From: a virus | Lineage: Duplodnaviria > Caudoviricetes | Direction: 5' to 3' (one strand) | IMG/VR virus record: IMGVR_UViG_3300033120_001068 | Span: 1 to 64,000 of that record | DNA: 64,000 nucleotides | Shown: positions 8,661-17,459 of the stretch, one piece after another | How the letters are laid out: every line of letters starts with the position of its first letter | Position numbering within the stretch: the first letter of the stretch is position 1 | Position numbers and translations under genes: made by a program | Notes under the pieces: model-generated | Seen by the model: the letters and a program-made list of their open reading frames with translations, nothing else | The model's database searches: none | What the model was told of the DNA's origin: nothing

Positions 8661-10082
8661 ATGAAAGCAGTTTATTCTTATTGGGAAGACTTTGAAATCA
8701 AACTAAATGGAGGCTTCAGGAGTGCTAAGGAAATGGCACTTGTCTTAACACTTTCAGTTATTGAAAGTAAAAAACAATTTTCTTCAGTTGAGTTTTACAC
8801 CACAGAATATGGAAAAAAGATAGTTGAGGATTACCAGATACCTTTTGATAAAGTCTATACCATACTTGATGACTTAACAGATAAAATAGGACTTAATCCT
8901 CAATTCTGGGCTTTTGCTAAAATTTATGTCTATTCCTTGCAAACTGTTCCTTTCATTCATATAGACAATGATGTAATAATCTGGGGTAAACTGCCTGAAA
9001 ATATTCTAAACTCAAAGGTTTTCTTTCAAAATAAGGAACACCTATCAACTCACCAAGGATATACACCAATTTTAAAGTTTGCAAAAGAGAACCTTCCTAA
9101 TGATATTCATGAAGAATTGAAAGAAGTTATAGACACCAAGGTTGACTGGGCTTATAATTGTGGAGTGGTTGGAGGCAATGATTTTTCTTTATTTAAGAAA
9201 TGGAGAGAAATAGTTGAGTCATACATTTTCAATAATGAATTAAACTACTGGGAAAAAGTTAAGGATAAGCATTCACAGAATCACTTTTTTGAGCAATACT
9301 TTATCTCCTCTTTGATAAAAATAACCAACACCACTGCTTCAACTTTATTGAGGGATGATTTTATGAAGTCAGCAACAAGAGATTTTAGATATACTCATTT
9401 ATGGGGAGAAGTTAAAAGAGATCCAAAAATAATCAATAAAGTAAAAGAAAGACTTTATCTTGACTATCCTGAGGTTCAGGAAAGGTTTGAAAAGGAATTG
9501 AGTGACTCAGAGGTCTTTACTGATATTTACCGTAATGAATTATGGGGGAAGGGTGCAGGTTCAGGAGGAGGAAGTTCTATTGAAATAACAGAAGGGTATA
9601 GACAGTTTTTACAAGATTTCTTGAAAGAAAATAAAGTAAAGACAGTAGTAGATTTTGGTTCAGGGGATTGGCAATTTTCAAAACTAATCAATTGGTCAGG
9701 AATTAAATATCTTGGAATTGATTGTGTAGAGGCGGTGGTTAAGAAATGCACAAAACAGCATGGTAAGAAGAATATAAAGTTTCTTTATGCAGATTCATTA
9801 AATGAACTTAAAGAAACCAAGTATGACTTACTTTTACTGAAAGATGTTATAATCCACTGGCCTAATGAAAAGATATCTTCATTCTTCAAGGAAATGAAAG
9901 AAAAAGAACAATTTTCTTATATTCTTGTAACTGTTCAGTCAAATGAAGAAAAAGTAAATGAAGATATAAAAGTAGGGGAATTTCATAATCTTGATTTACA
10001 GAAAGAACCTTTTTTATTGGATTGTGAGGTTTCATATAGATGGGATAATGATAAAAAAACAACTTATCTTTTTAAATTGTAA
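8661..10082 (+). CDS. glycosyltransferase-like (DUF6734-like, DxD) fused to class I SAM-dependent methyltransferase
   Basis: N-half HIDNDV, YNCGVVGG, FEQ and THLWG; C-half VVDFGSGDW, YLGIDCV and LLKDVIIHW. Confidence 0.7.
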   Translation: MKAVYSYWEDFEIKLNGGFRSAKEMALVLTLSVIESKKQFSSVEFYTTEYGKKIVEDYQIPFDKVYTILDDLTDKIGLNPQFWAFAKIYVYSLQTVPFIHIDNDVIIWGKLPENILNSKVFFQNKEHLSTHQGYTPILKFAKENLPNDIHEELKEVIDTKVDWAYNCGVVGGNDFSLFKKWREIVESYIFNNELNYWEKVKDKHSQNHFFEQYFISSLIKITNTTASTLLRDDFMKSATRDFRYTHLWGEVKRDPKIINKVKERLYLDYPEVQERFEKELSDSEVFTDIYRNELWGKGAGSGGGSSIEITEGYRQFLQDFLKENKVKTVVDFGSGDWQFSKLINWSGIKYLGIDCVEAVVKKCTKQHGKKNIKFLYADSLNELKETKYDLLLLKDVIIHWPNEKISSFFKEMKEKEQFSYILVTVQSNEEKVNEDIKVGEFHNLDLQKEPFLLDCEVSYRWDNDKKTTYLFKL

Positions 10083-10084
10083 AG

Positions 10085-11038
10085 ATGGTTTTAGATTCTC
10101 AACAAATAAATACTCTTTTATCAATTATCAATAACAACCAATCTATCTTGATAGGCAGGGAATTAGGTTTAGATTTCTTGTCTGAGTATGATAAGTCTTT
10201 ATTGATTAGTAATGGGATTGATTTGGAGGAATTATATCAACCAGGAAATGACTCAATCTATACTTCTTTCCATCTTGGTATGCTAGCAGTTGCTTTGAAT
10301 GATACCAAGGCTTTAAATAAATTGCAATACAAAGACCTTTATAATTATGTCAAAGAAGGAAAATATATACCAATTTCTCAAAGAGAACTTGCAACAGTTC
10401 AAGCAATCAAAAACCAAACCTTTGCAGACATAAAAACTTTGAATGGAAGAATATTCCAAGATCTTAATGGAATACTTTCTAATTCTACATTGAAGGGGCA
10501 ACAAGATTTCTTGAAAAAGGAGATTGTTGAGGGTTTAGAAAAAAAGAAGACATTAAGGGAAATTTCAAATACCATTTCTGAAAAGACAGGAGATTGGCAA
10601 AGAGATTTTGATAGGATTGTAGAATATCAATCTAATACTGCCTATCAAGAAGGAAGGGGGGCAATGTTTGAAAAAGATGAACTTGGGGAAACAAACAATT
10701 CTGACCCTGATGTCTATAAACTGGTTTTTGAATCTGCTTGTAAACATTGCCTAAGTCTATACACCACAAAAGGGTGGAGAAGTGAACCAATAGTTTTTAA
10801 ATTATCAGTACTTAAAGGAAATGGTACCAATATAGGTAGAAAGACTGCTGACTGGAAAGCAATAGTAGGGTCAACTCATCCTTTTTGTAGATGTTTATTA
10901 TTTAGAAAAAAGAAAAACACCTTTTGGGATATGAAGTCACAATCTTTTGTACAATCTAAAGAAAGCCCACTTGACCCTAAGATACGTAAGAGACAACCAA
11001 TTAGAATTAAGATAGCAGGTAAAGAAATGTCTGTATAA
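10085..11038 (+). CDS. MuF-like (Mu gpF / SPP1 gp7) minor head protein
   Basis: RIVEYQSNTAYQEG, CKHC and HPFCRC motifs; lies between portal and protease. Confidence 0.8.
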   Translation: MVLDSQQINTLLSIINNNQSILIGRELGLDFLSEYDKSLLISNGIDLEELYQPGNDSIYTSFHLGMLAVALNDTKALNKLQYKDLYNYVKEGKYIPISQRELATVQAIKNQTFADIKTLNGRIFQDLNGILSNSTLKGQQDFLKKEIVEGLEKKKTLREISNTISEKTGDWQRDFDRIVEYQSNTAYQEGRGAMFEKDELGETNNSDPDVYKLVFESACKHCLSLYTTKGWRSEPIVFKLSVLKGNGTNIGRKTADWKAIVGSTHPFCRCLLFRKKKNTFWDMKSQSFVQSKESPLDPKIRKRQPIRIKIAGKEMSV

Positions 11039-11054
11039 TTTATTAACTTTAAAC

Positions 11055-12119
11055 ATGGATTTTAATTCAATAAGAAAAGCTAAATCAGAAAGACTACTTC
11101 AATCTTTTATCCAACCTGAACTTGAAAAAGGGGGTAAGAGAGCTGTCGTTGGAGAGGTTCGGCTTTGGGGGAACGAAAAATGGGTTAAGCATGAAGACGG
11201 TTGGGTGAATGTTAATGAAAAATCTGGGAAAGCTACCTTAGAACATCCTGGTGGTAAGAGAAGTGCTGCTCAGCAGCACCACATCGACCACCATAAATCA
11301 AGTATGGAGAAGCATGGGGAAAGGAGTGAGAAAGAGGAGAAGGTTGAGAATCCATTAGTATCTGAAATTCAAACTAATCTTAGTAAAGTTTTAGATCTTG
11401 CAACTCCATTTCTTGAAGAAAAAACAAAAGAATATATAGAGTCAGTTTTAAAAGAGGGAAAAGAAGAACCAACTAACTTAGATATTGAATACTATAAACT
11501 TGGAATTACTATTGACTTAATAAAGGCATTTTCTAAGTATATCAAACCAACTGACCAAGTAAAGGTAGATTCATTTAAAACTACAAGAAATGGTTCTGTT
11601 TCTGCAAGTCTTACAGTGACAAGGGGAGAGGAAAAGTATAAAATGGAAACTGAAGCAATAATTGCTGGAGGGTATAACATTCAAGATAGACATTACAGAT
11701 ATATTTCTCACACTAAACTTCCCGCAAGTGAGAACAAAGATTCTTATCAAAAACTTGAAGAAAGAAGAAATAAACTTTCTAAAAGAAAAAAGTTAGAATA
11801 CGACTTAGAAATTCAAAGTAATTGGTATAAAAGAGATGTAGATAAGTTTGAAAAAGAAAGTTCAAAAACCTATGAAGAAGTAATTTCAGAGCATCCTTAT
11901 ATCACTATTGACAATACTTTTGATAAAATGAATAATGGTGGAAAAGCTAATTTTAATAATAGTCCTGATGAATTTAATGCCTACATGGAAAAAGAAAGAA
12001 AGGAAACTTGGCAAAGACATCAACAGGCATATAAACCAGAAAGGTTAAGAGCAATTCACAGTGATTATCAAAAAAGAATTAGTAAGTTACAATCTAAAAT
12101 TGAAGAAATAATTAACTGA
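11055..12119 (+). CDS. putative capsid-cargo protein, leader plus module B plus unknown domain
   Basis: RLLQSF...LEK|G site, AVVGEVRLWGNEKWVKHEDGW module; IIAGGYNIQDRHYR motif. Confidence 0.75.
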   Translation: MDFNSIRKAKSERLLQSFIQPELEKGGKRAVVGEVRLWGNEKWVKHEDGWVNVNEKSGKATLEHPGGKRSAAQQHHIDHHKSSMEKHGERSEKEEKVENPLVSEIQTNLSKVLDLATPFLEEKTKEYIESVLKEGKEEPTNLDIEYYKLGITIDLIKAFSKYIKPTDQVKVDSFKTTRNGSVSASLTVTRGEEKYKMETEAIIAGGYNIQDRHYRYISHTKLPASENKDSYQKLEERRNKLSKRKKLEYDLEIQSNWYKRDVDKFEKESSKTYEEVISEHPYITIDNTFDKMNNGGKANFNNSPDEFNAYMEKERKETWQRHQQAYKPERLRAIHSDYQKRISKLQSKIEEIIN

Positions 12120-12153
12120 AATTTTATTATCTTTAAACTAAAATAATTAAACC

Positions 12154-12690
12154 ATGGATTCTAATCATATTAAAGAAAGAAGACAAAGTATTTCAAACAA
12201 TATTTTTAATTCTTTTAATCAAGACACTATCGAAAAGGGTGGTGAAGGTAGTAAGGGAGGAAAAGTAATTGGTCATACCAAGTCCGGGAAACCGATTTAT
12301 GAAAGTGGTAGAGCTAAGGATTATAAAGACTTTACTGGTCAAGACCACTATGATGCAGCTAAGTTTCATAAAGAAAAGGTCTTGTCTATGACTCCAGAAC
12401 AAAGGGAAGAAAAGAAAATTAAGACTTATGATAATAATCATGAGATAGAAGGTCATAAAAAGACACTGGAAAATACAATGTCTGGGTATTCTGGAGAATA
12501 TAAGGCAGGTGTAAGTCCTCAATTCAATGAAACTCATTTGCATTACCATAAAGAAGACCAAGAAAAGGTAGATAAACACTTACAAGGTAAAGGGTATAAA
12601 AAAGACATTGATGAAAAGAATCAAATCTACTACCATAATAAGGATGTTAATCACTATATTTTAGCAAGACCAAAAAATACAAAGGTTTAA
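12154..12690 (+). CDS. putative capsid-cargo protein, leader plus module A
   Basis: MDSNHIKERRQSI...NIFNSF...IEK|G; GEGSKGGKVIGHTKSGKPIY. Confidence 0.75.
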   Translation: MDSNHIKERRQSISNNIFNSFNQDTIEKGGEGSKGGKVIGHTKSGKPIYESGRAKDYKDFTGQDHYDAAKFHKEKVLSMTPEQREEKKIKTYDNNHEIEGHKKTLENTMSGYSGEYKAGVSPQFNETHLHYHKEDQEKVDKHLQGKGYKKDIDEKNQIYYHNKDVNHYILARPKNTKV

Positions 12691-12741
12691 AGATCAATAG
12701 GTGAATAAGAAGAAAAAGATTAATTATTAAACTAAGTATAA

Positions 12742-14196
12742 ATGCACAAAGGGAAAGAAGTTCAAGCAAGGAGGATTCTTCAACTTTACCAAGGGGAGCT
12801 TAAGGAAGATATATTAAAGGGATTTTCTATTGAGGAAATTAGAAACTTTCATTTAATGCAAGTAGATTCTTTGGAAAAATCTATTTCTGGTAAAATAAAA
12901 AAGAAAGTTAAAGTTTCAATGAAGGATGGTTCTTTTCATTATGCAGTAAGGTGGGTTAATCCTGATACTGGACAATCTGATGACTTACAGCATAATAGAT
13001 ATAGAAAGACAGGGGATATGACTGCTGATGAAGACACAAGTGTTCAAGAAATAGTTTCTAATGATTCTTTGAAATCTACTGAAAAATTTAGGAAACTTGC
13101 AAGTCTTGGTATTTATGATAAAAAAACTTTAGCAACACTTTCAGGACATAAATATCCTGGGGACATTAAAGAAGCTCTTAAAAAAGAAGTTCAATTAAAC
13201 TCAGATGATTATAATGATAGTGTAAATTCTATTTTACCATCTTCCCCTCCTCCTGGAACAGTATCAAAGTTACAAGATGAAGAAGTTCAAAAAATGTCTA
13301 TTTCTGAGATTCAAGATAAATTTGGTTCAAAAGCAGCTTTTGAGGCACAAAGAAATTTAAAGCAAGAAATTATTGACAAGTACGGTTTAACAGTTGAAGA
13401 CAAATGGGATTCTTATGAACAAAGATTAACCACACTTGTAGTCAACAGATTTCCAAAAGCAGTAATGGCTTATGGAACAGGAGGGATTGGAAAGACTTAC
13501 ACATTTGAGAAAGTAGCAGCAGAAAATGGTTTAAGAGAGTTTGATGAAGAATTAGGTTTAGAAAATGGAGGTCCTGATTATGATTATTATATTATGTCTG
13601 GAAAAGGAGGTTCACTTGCAATTCAAAGAGCAATGTATGAACATTCAAACAAACTTATAGTTTTTGATGATTTTGACTCCATGTGGAAAGATGATGATTT
13701 GATAAATGTATTTAAGAAAGCATTAGATACCTCAGGAGATAATAAATGTCAATGGGCAAAACCTTTAAAAGAAACTGAACCTGGAAAAGGGGATACTGTT
13801 CCAAGTAGATTTAGATTTACGGGTAGAATGTTGTTTATCACCAACCTAACTAAAAAGGAACTAGATGCTGCAGGAGCTTCTCCTATTACAGAATCAAGGT
13901 GCTCCTCAATTGATCTTACAATGACTGCAGAACAAGCAATACAGAGACTTAAAAATGTCTTGCCTTATGCTAAGATCTTGACAGATGATAAAGAAGAAAT
14001 TGAAGCAACCTTTGAAGACAAGGAAATGGCTTTTGAGATTATGAATAATACTAGACAATATGCTAGGATAGAACAAATAAACAACAGGGTTCTTGGTACT
14101 ATAATAATGCAAGCAAGAACTCAAAGAGAAAGAACAGGAGAGTATGACCAAAGAAAGTTAGAAATCTTTTTGTTGCAACAATATGGATTAGGATAA
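12742..14196 (+). CDS. leader-bearing protein (module C) with C-terminal AAA+ ATPase
   Basis: Walker A GTGGIGKT, Walker B IVFDDFD, sensor FITN; N-terminal RILQLY...LK|G and LEK|S sites. Confidence 0.8.
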   Translation: MHKGKEVQARRILQLYQGELKEDILKGFSIEEIRNFHLMQVDSLEKSISGKIKKKVKVSMKDGSFHYAVRWVNPDTGQSDDLQHNRYRKTGDMTADEDTSVQEIVSNDSLKSTEKFRKLASLGIYDKKTLATLSGHKYPGDIKEALKKEVQLNSDDYNDSVNSILPSSPPPGTVSKLQDEEVQKMSISEIQDKFGSKAAFEAQRNLKQEIIDKYGLTVEDKWDSYEQRLTTLVVNRFPKAVMAYGTGGIGKTYTFEKVAAENGLREFDEELGLENGGPDYDYYIMSGKGGSLAIQRAMYEHSNKLIVFDDFDSMWKDDDLINVFKKALDTSGDNKCQWAKPLKETEPGKGDTVPSRFRFTGRMLFITNLTKKELDAAGASPITESRCSSIDLTMTAEQAIQRLKNVLPYAKILTDDKEEIEATFEDKEMAFEIMNNTRQYARIEQINNRVLGTIIMQARTQRERTGEYDQRKLEIFLLQQYGLG

Positions 14197-14215
14197 TTTT
14201 TAAAATTAGAAAAAG

Positions 14216-14341
14216 ATGTTTAATAATATAACTACAGAATCATTAGTTAAGTCTTTACTTATGCTAATACTAGATGGACATGGAGAAAGTCCTGATTTTA
14301 CTCCAATGTTACAAGAATGTAAAAAAAGATTACAAATATAA
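14216..14341 (+). CDS. 41-aa ORF, possibly the true N-terminus of the downstream polyvalent protein
   Basis: MFNNITTESLVK|SLLML...ECKKRLQI*, read by hand; removing one A from A7 (14321-14327) joins it to the 14274 frame. Confidence 0.35.
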   Translation: MFNNITTESLVKSLLMLILDGHGESPDFTPMLQECKKRLQI

Positions 14342-17300
14342 GATGGTTGGAAAAAAATCACCAGTTGGAACACAAAGTTTATGGTCTGAGGGTTGGATGG
14401 TTAAAACTCATGATAACTCAATCTTTGATAATGTCCATTCTCCCTGGAAACCAGTACCAAAAATTCCAAGTGGGATTTCTTCCCTCATTGAATTAATTGA
14501 GAGAATTGGAAGAGAAATTCACAAGTTCAAAGAACCAGCAGATGGGGCAATATGGTTAAAAAGGGTTCTTAACGAAATGAAAACTAAGAGTGGTAAAGAA
14601 TTTACTGCTGCTGAGTTTGAGGGTTATAAAGACTGGAATGGTGGAGAGGTTTTTTCTTTCAAAATGGCACTTGAAAAAAGGTACATTGATAATTTTTTGA
14701 AATTAAATTCTGAAATTTATGCAGAACTAGATTTACAGAATGACTCAGATACTGTTAGGTTAACTTCTGAACAAATAAAAGAAATCAAAAAAAGAGTTAA
14801 AGAAAGTTACATTGAGGATTCTGAACTTACAATGAGTCAGGAAGATTATCAAGATGTAAAAGAAACTTTACAATCTGTACTTGATGATTTAAGAGCAGGA
14901 TTTAACTTTGATGGTGAAAAAAAAGTAGTTTATGGTAGGTTTCAAGAATTTATTGAAATACTAACCAATTCACAAGAATATGTATCTATAAGAGCCATTA
15001 CAGATACTTTTTCTGAACAAATGCTTTCTATATCAAAAACTTTCAAAGATAGTTGGGGTATTCAAGATACTTTAAAAACAAAGTTAGCAAAAGGTCTTTC
15101 ATCTTATCAAGATAGATTTAAGAAAGAAATAAAGGAAGAATCTCAAAAAATATTCAATGAGAAATATCCTGACTTAAATATAGATTCTCCAGTTGAAGAT
15201 TTTTATAAGGAATTAAGAGAAATAGATAAAAAAGAAACCAATGACTTAATGAATGACCTTCCTGGTAGATTAGTTTCTTTTTCAGGAACAACTTACTTGA
15301 TTAACAACAGGAGAGGTCCAAAATCAGATGGTTCTTACAATTTATATTTAACTAATCTATCTACTAATGAAACTAAAGTTGTAGAAGCATCTATTGAAGA
15401 AATAAAAAGTGGAATTGAGGCAGTCACAGGGGGCAGTAGTTTAATTTCAACCCTACTTTCTGCAAGATTTAAAGAAAGAACAAATAAATCATTAGTAGGT
15501 TCATTTGGTTTTAAAGAACTTGAGATGCTTTATTATGTAGAAAAACTTTCTGAAAAACTTCCAGAAGGTCATTTGAAAACAAATAATGAATTAACCTCAT
15601 TTAGAAAACAAAATGAATATTTACCGGGTACAGATAACAGTTACGCTCATTATAGTCCTTCAAGTAAAGACATTTTTCTAAGTTCACAGTCTTTATCCAA
15701 AGCAAGTGATAACTTTGATATTAACAGCCCCTTAGAACTTCTTTCTGTTATGACTCATGAGATTGGTCATTCAGTAAGTCAAAAATTAGGAAGAATAAAC
15801 AGTATTCTTTATAAAAGATTTGTTATTGAATGTGGTTGGTCTTGGGGTCAGTTTCATGGAGGAAAATCTTATGTGGCAACTGGATCTGATGAAGATATTA
15901 AAAGAGAAGGAAGTAATTCTCAAACCCTTTTAATAACTGAATATAGTGCAAAGTCTCCTGAGGAAGCATTTGCTGAATACTATTCTTTCTATTCTTTGAA
16001 TAAAAAAGAAATTGACAGATTTATAGAAACAGGAGAAACTAAAAGTCTCAACAAACATAAAAGATTTAAAGAAACTAATACCAATAAAACTTACAGTGAT
16101 GTAAAAGAAAAACTTTTAAGAGCCCATCTTGACTTAGACATAAATTTTATAGATAATTTATTGATTAATTCAAACAGGGATATTTCTCAACATATAAAGA
16201 CAGACATAGTAGATCCATTTTATAATAATTTACAAGTCTCTCCAAACTTAGATTCTTTAAAATACAGAGTTAAACATATCTTAAAAGAAAATAGAGAAAG
16301 TTATGAAGGTGTGCCTATTTTCACTACTTTTAATTCAATTACAGGAGTTCATGAGAATAAAGATGATTATGAGAAAGGGATTAATTTAAGTAATAAATAC
16401 CTTCAAAGATTTACTCCAACTTATTCAATCTCAAATGACTGCTATAAAATTTTACAAGATAGTGGATATTCTAACTCAGAGATTGAAATCTATGTTCTCA
16501 AAAAGTTGAAAGATAAAAAAGTGCCTGAGGTTAATAAGAAAATATTATCAGGTAAGATAAATATAGACGATTTAACAAGTGGTTTAATGTATAGAGGTGA
16601 ATTACTTACAACTGATAAATTATCTAAAAACAAAAAGATTTTTCAAAGTATGAAAAATATATGGGAATCTGAAGAATTAAAGAAAGCAATGATAGAATTA
16701 GGATTTAATCAGACAAATGAAGCAGAACCAAACTCAGATAATGGGACTTTTTGGTCAGATACTTTTAAGCCTTTTATTAATAAATTTAAAGACTTACTTT
16801 CTCAAAAGAAAGACAAAAGGAAATATTATGCAGATACAGTTGTAAGAAACTCAAAAGGAGAAATCTTATTGCTTCAAAGATCTTATCAAGATGACTTTAT
16901 GCCAGGTGTATGGGGTTTACCAGGAGGGAAAGTAGATGCAGGAGAAAGTTTTGTTGAAGCAGCAGAAAGAGAATTATTAGAAGAAACAAATTTAGGAAGT
17001 ATTTCAAACTTGCAATTTAGATTTCTGAAAAGAGTTGAGAAAGAAGATTGTGTTATAGAATATTTTGAAACCCATATTGATGATATTGAAGGAATGATAT
17101 TAGATAATGAGGAACATTATAGACTACAATGGACCCCTATTGAAAGAATTGGTGATTATGATTTAATTTTAGACTTACATTCAACCCTTTTAGACCTTCC
17201 TTTATCTCTTTGCCAAGAATTTGATGAAGATATCCTGGAAGTGAACCCAACTCATCTTTTTGAAAGAAAATCTTCTTTATCAAAAGCATTTGAGGAAAAG

Positions 17301-17441
17301 TTGATAGATGAGGAAAAATATAAAAAAGAAACCAAGACACTTTCAAGACTATCTTTTGAAGTTATAAAGAAAGGATTTAATGAAGGCACAGTTAGTCTTG
17401 CTGATTATCATAGAGCCTATTTGATAGCAAGTAGAATTTAA
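14274..17441 (+). CDS. large polyvalent head protein: zincin metallopeptidase (HExxH) plus Nudix hydrolase
   Basis: THEIGH...TEYSAKSPEEAFAE zincin motif; Nudix box GGKVDAGESFVEAAERELLEETNL. Confidence 0.8.
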   Translation: MDMEKVLILLQCYKNVKKDYKYKMVGKKSPVGTQSLWSEGWMVKTHDNSIFDNVHSPWKPVPKIPSGISSLIELIERIGREIHKFKEPADGAIWLKRVLNEMKTKSGKEFTAAEFEGYKDWNGGEVFSFKMALEKRYIDNFLKLNSEIYAELDLQNDSDTVRLTSEQIKEIKKRVKESYIEDSELTMSQEDYQDVKETLQSVLDDLRAGFNFDGEKKVVYGRFQEFIEILTNSQEYVSIRAITDTFSEQMLSISKTFKDSWGIQDTLKTKLAKGLSSYQDRFKKEIKEESQKIFNEKYPDLNIDSPVEDFYKELREIDKKETNDLMNDLPGRLVSFSGTTYLINNRRGPKSDGSYNLYLTNLSTNETKVVEASIEEIKSGIEAVTGGSSLISTLLSARFKERTNKSLVGSFGFKELEMLYYVEKLSEKLPEGHLKTNNELTSFRKQNEYLPGTDNSYAHYSPSSKDIFLSSQSLSKASDNFDINSPLELLSVMTHEIGHSVSQKLGRINSILYKRFVIECGWSWGQFHGGKSYVATGSDEDIKREGSNSQTLLITEYSAKSPEEAFAEYYSFYSLNKKEIDRFIETGETKSLNKHKRFKETNTNKTYSDVKEKLLRAHLDLDINFIDNLLINSNRDISQHIKTDIVDPFYNNLQVSPNLDSLKYRVKHILKENRESYEGVPIFTTFNSITGVHENKDDYEKGINLSNKYLQRFTPTYSISNDCYKILQDSGYSNSEIEIYVLKKLKDKKVPEVNKKILSGKINIDDLTSGLMYRGELLTTDKLSKNKKIFQSMKNIWESEELKKAMIELGFNQTNEAEPNSDNGTFWSDTFKPFINKFKDLLSQKKDKRKYYADTVVRNSKGEILLLQRSYQDDFMPGVWGLPGGKVDAGESFVEAAERELLEETNLGSISNLQFRFLKRVEKEDCVIEYFETHIDDIEGMILDNEEHYRLQWTPIERIGDYDLILDLHSTLLDLPLSLCQEFDEDILEVNPTHLFERKSSLSKAFEEKLIDEEKYKKETKTLSRLSFEVIKKGFNEGTVSLADYHRAYLIASRI

Positions 17442-17459
17442 TTATATTACAGACTGGTT

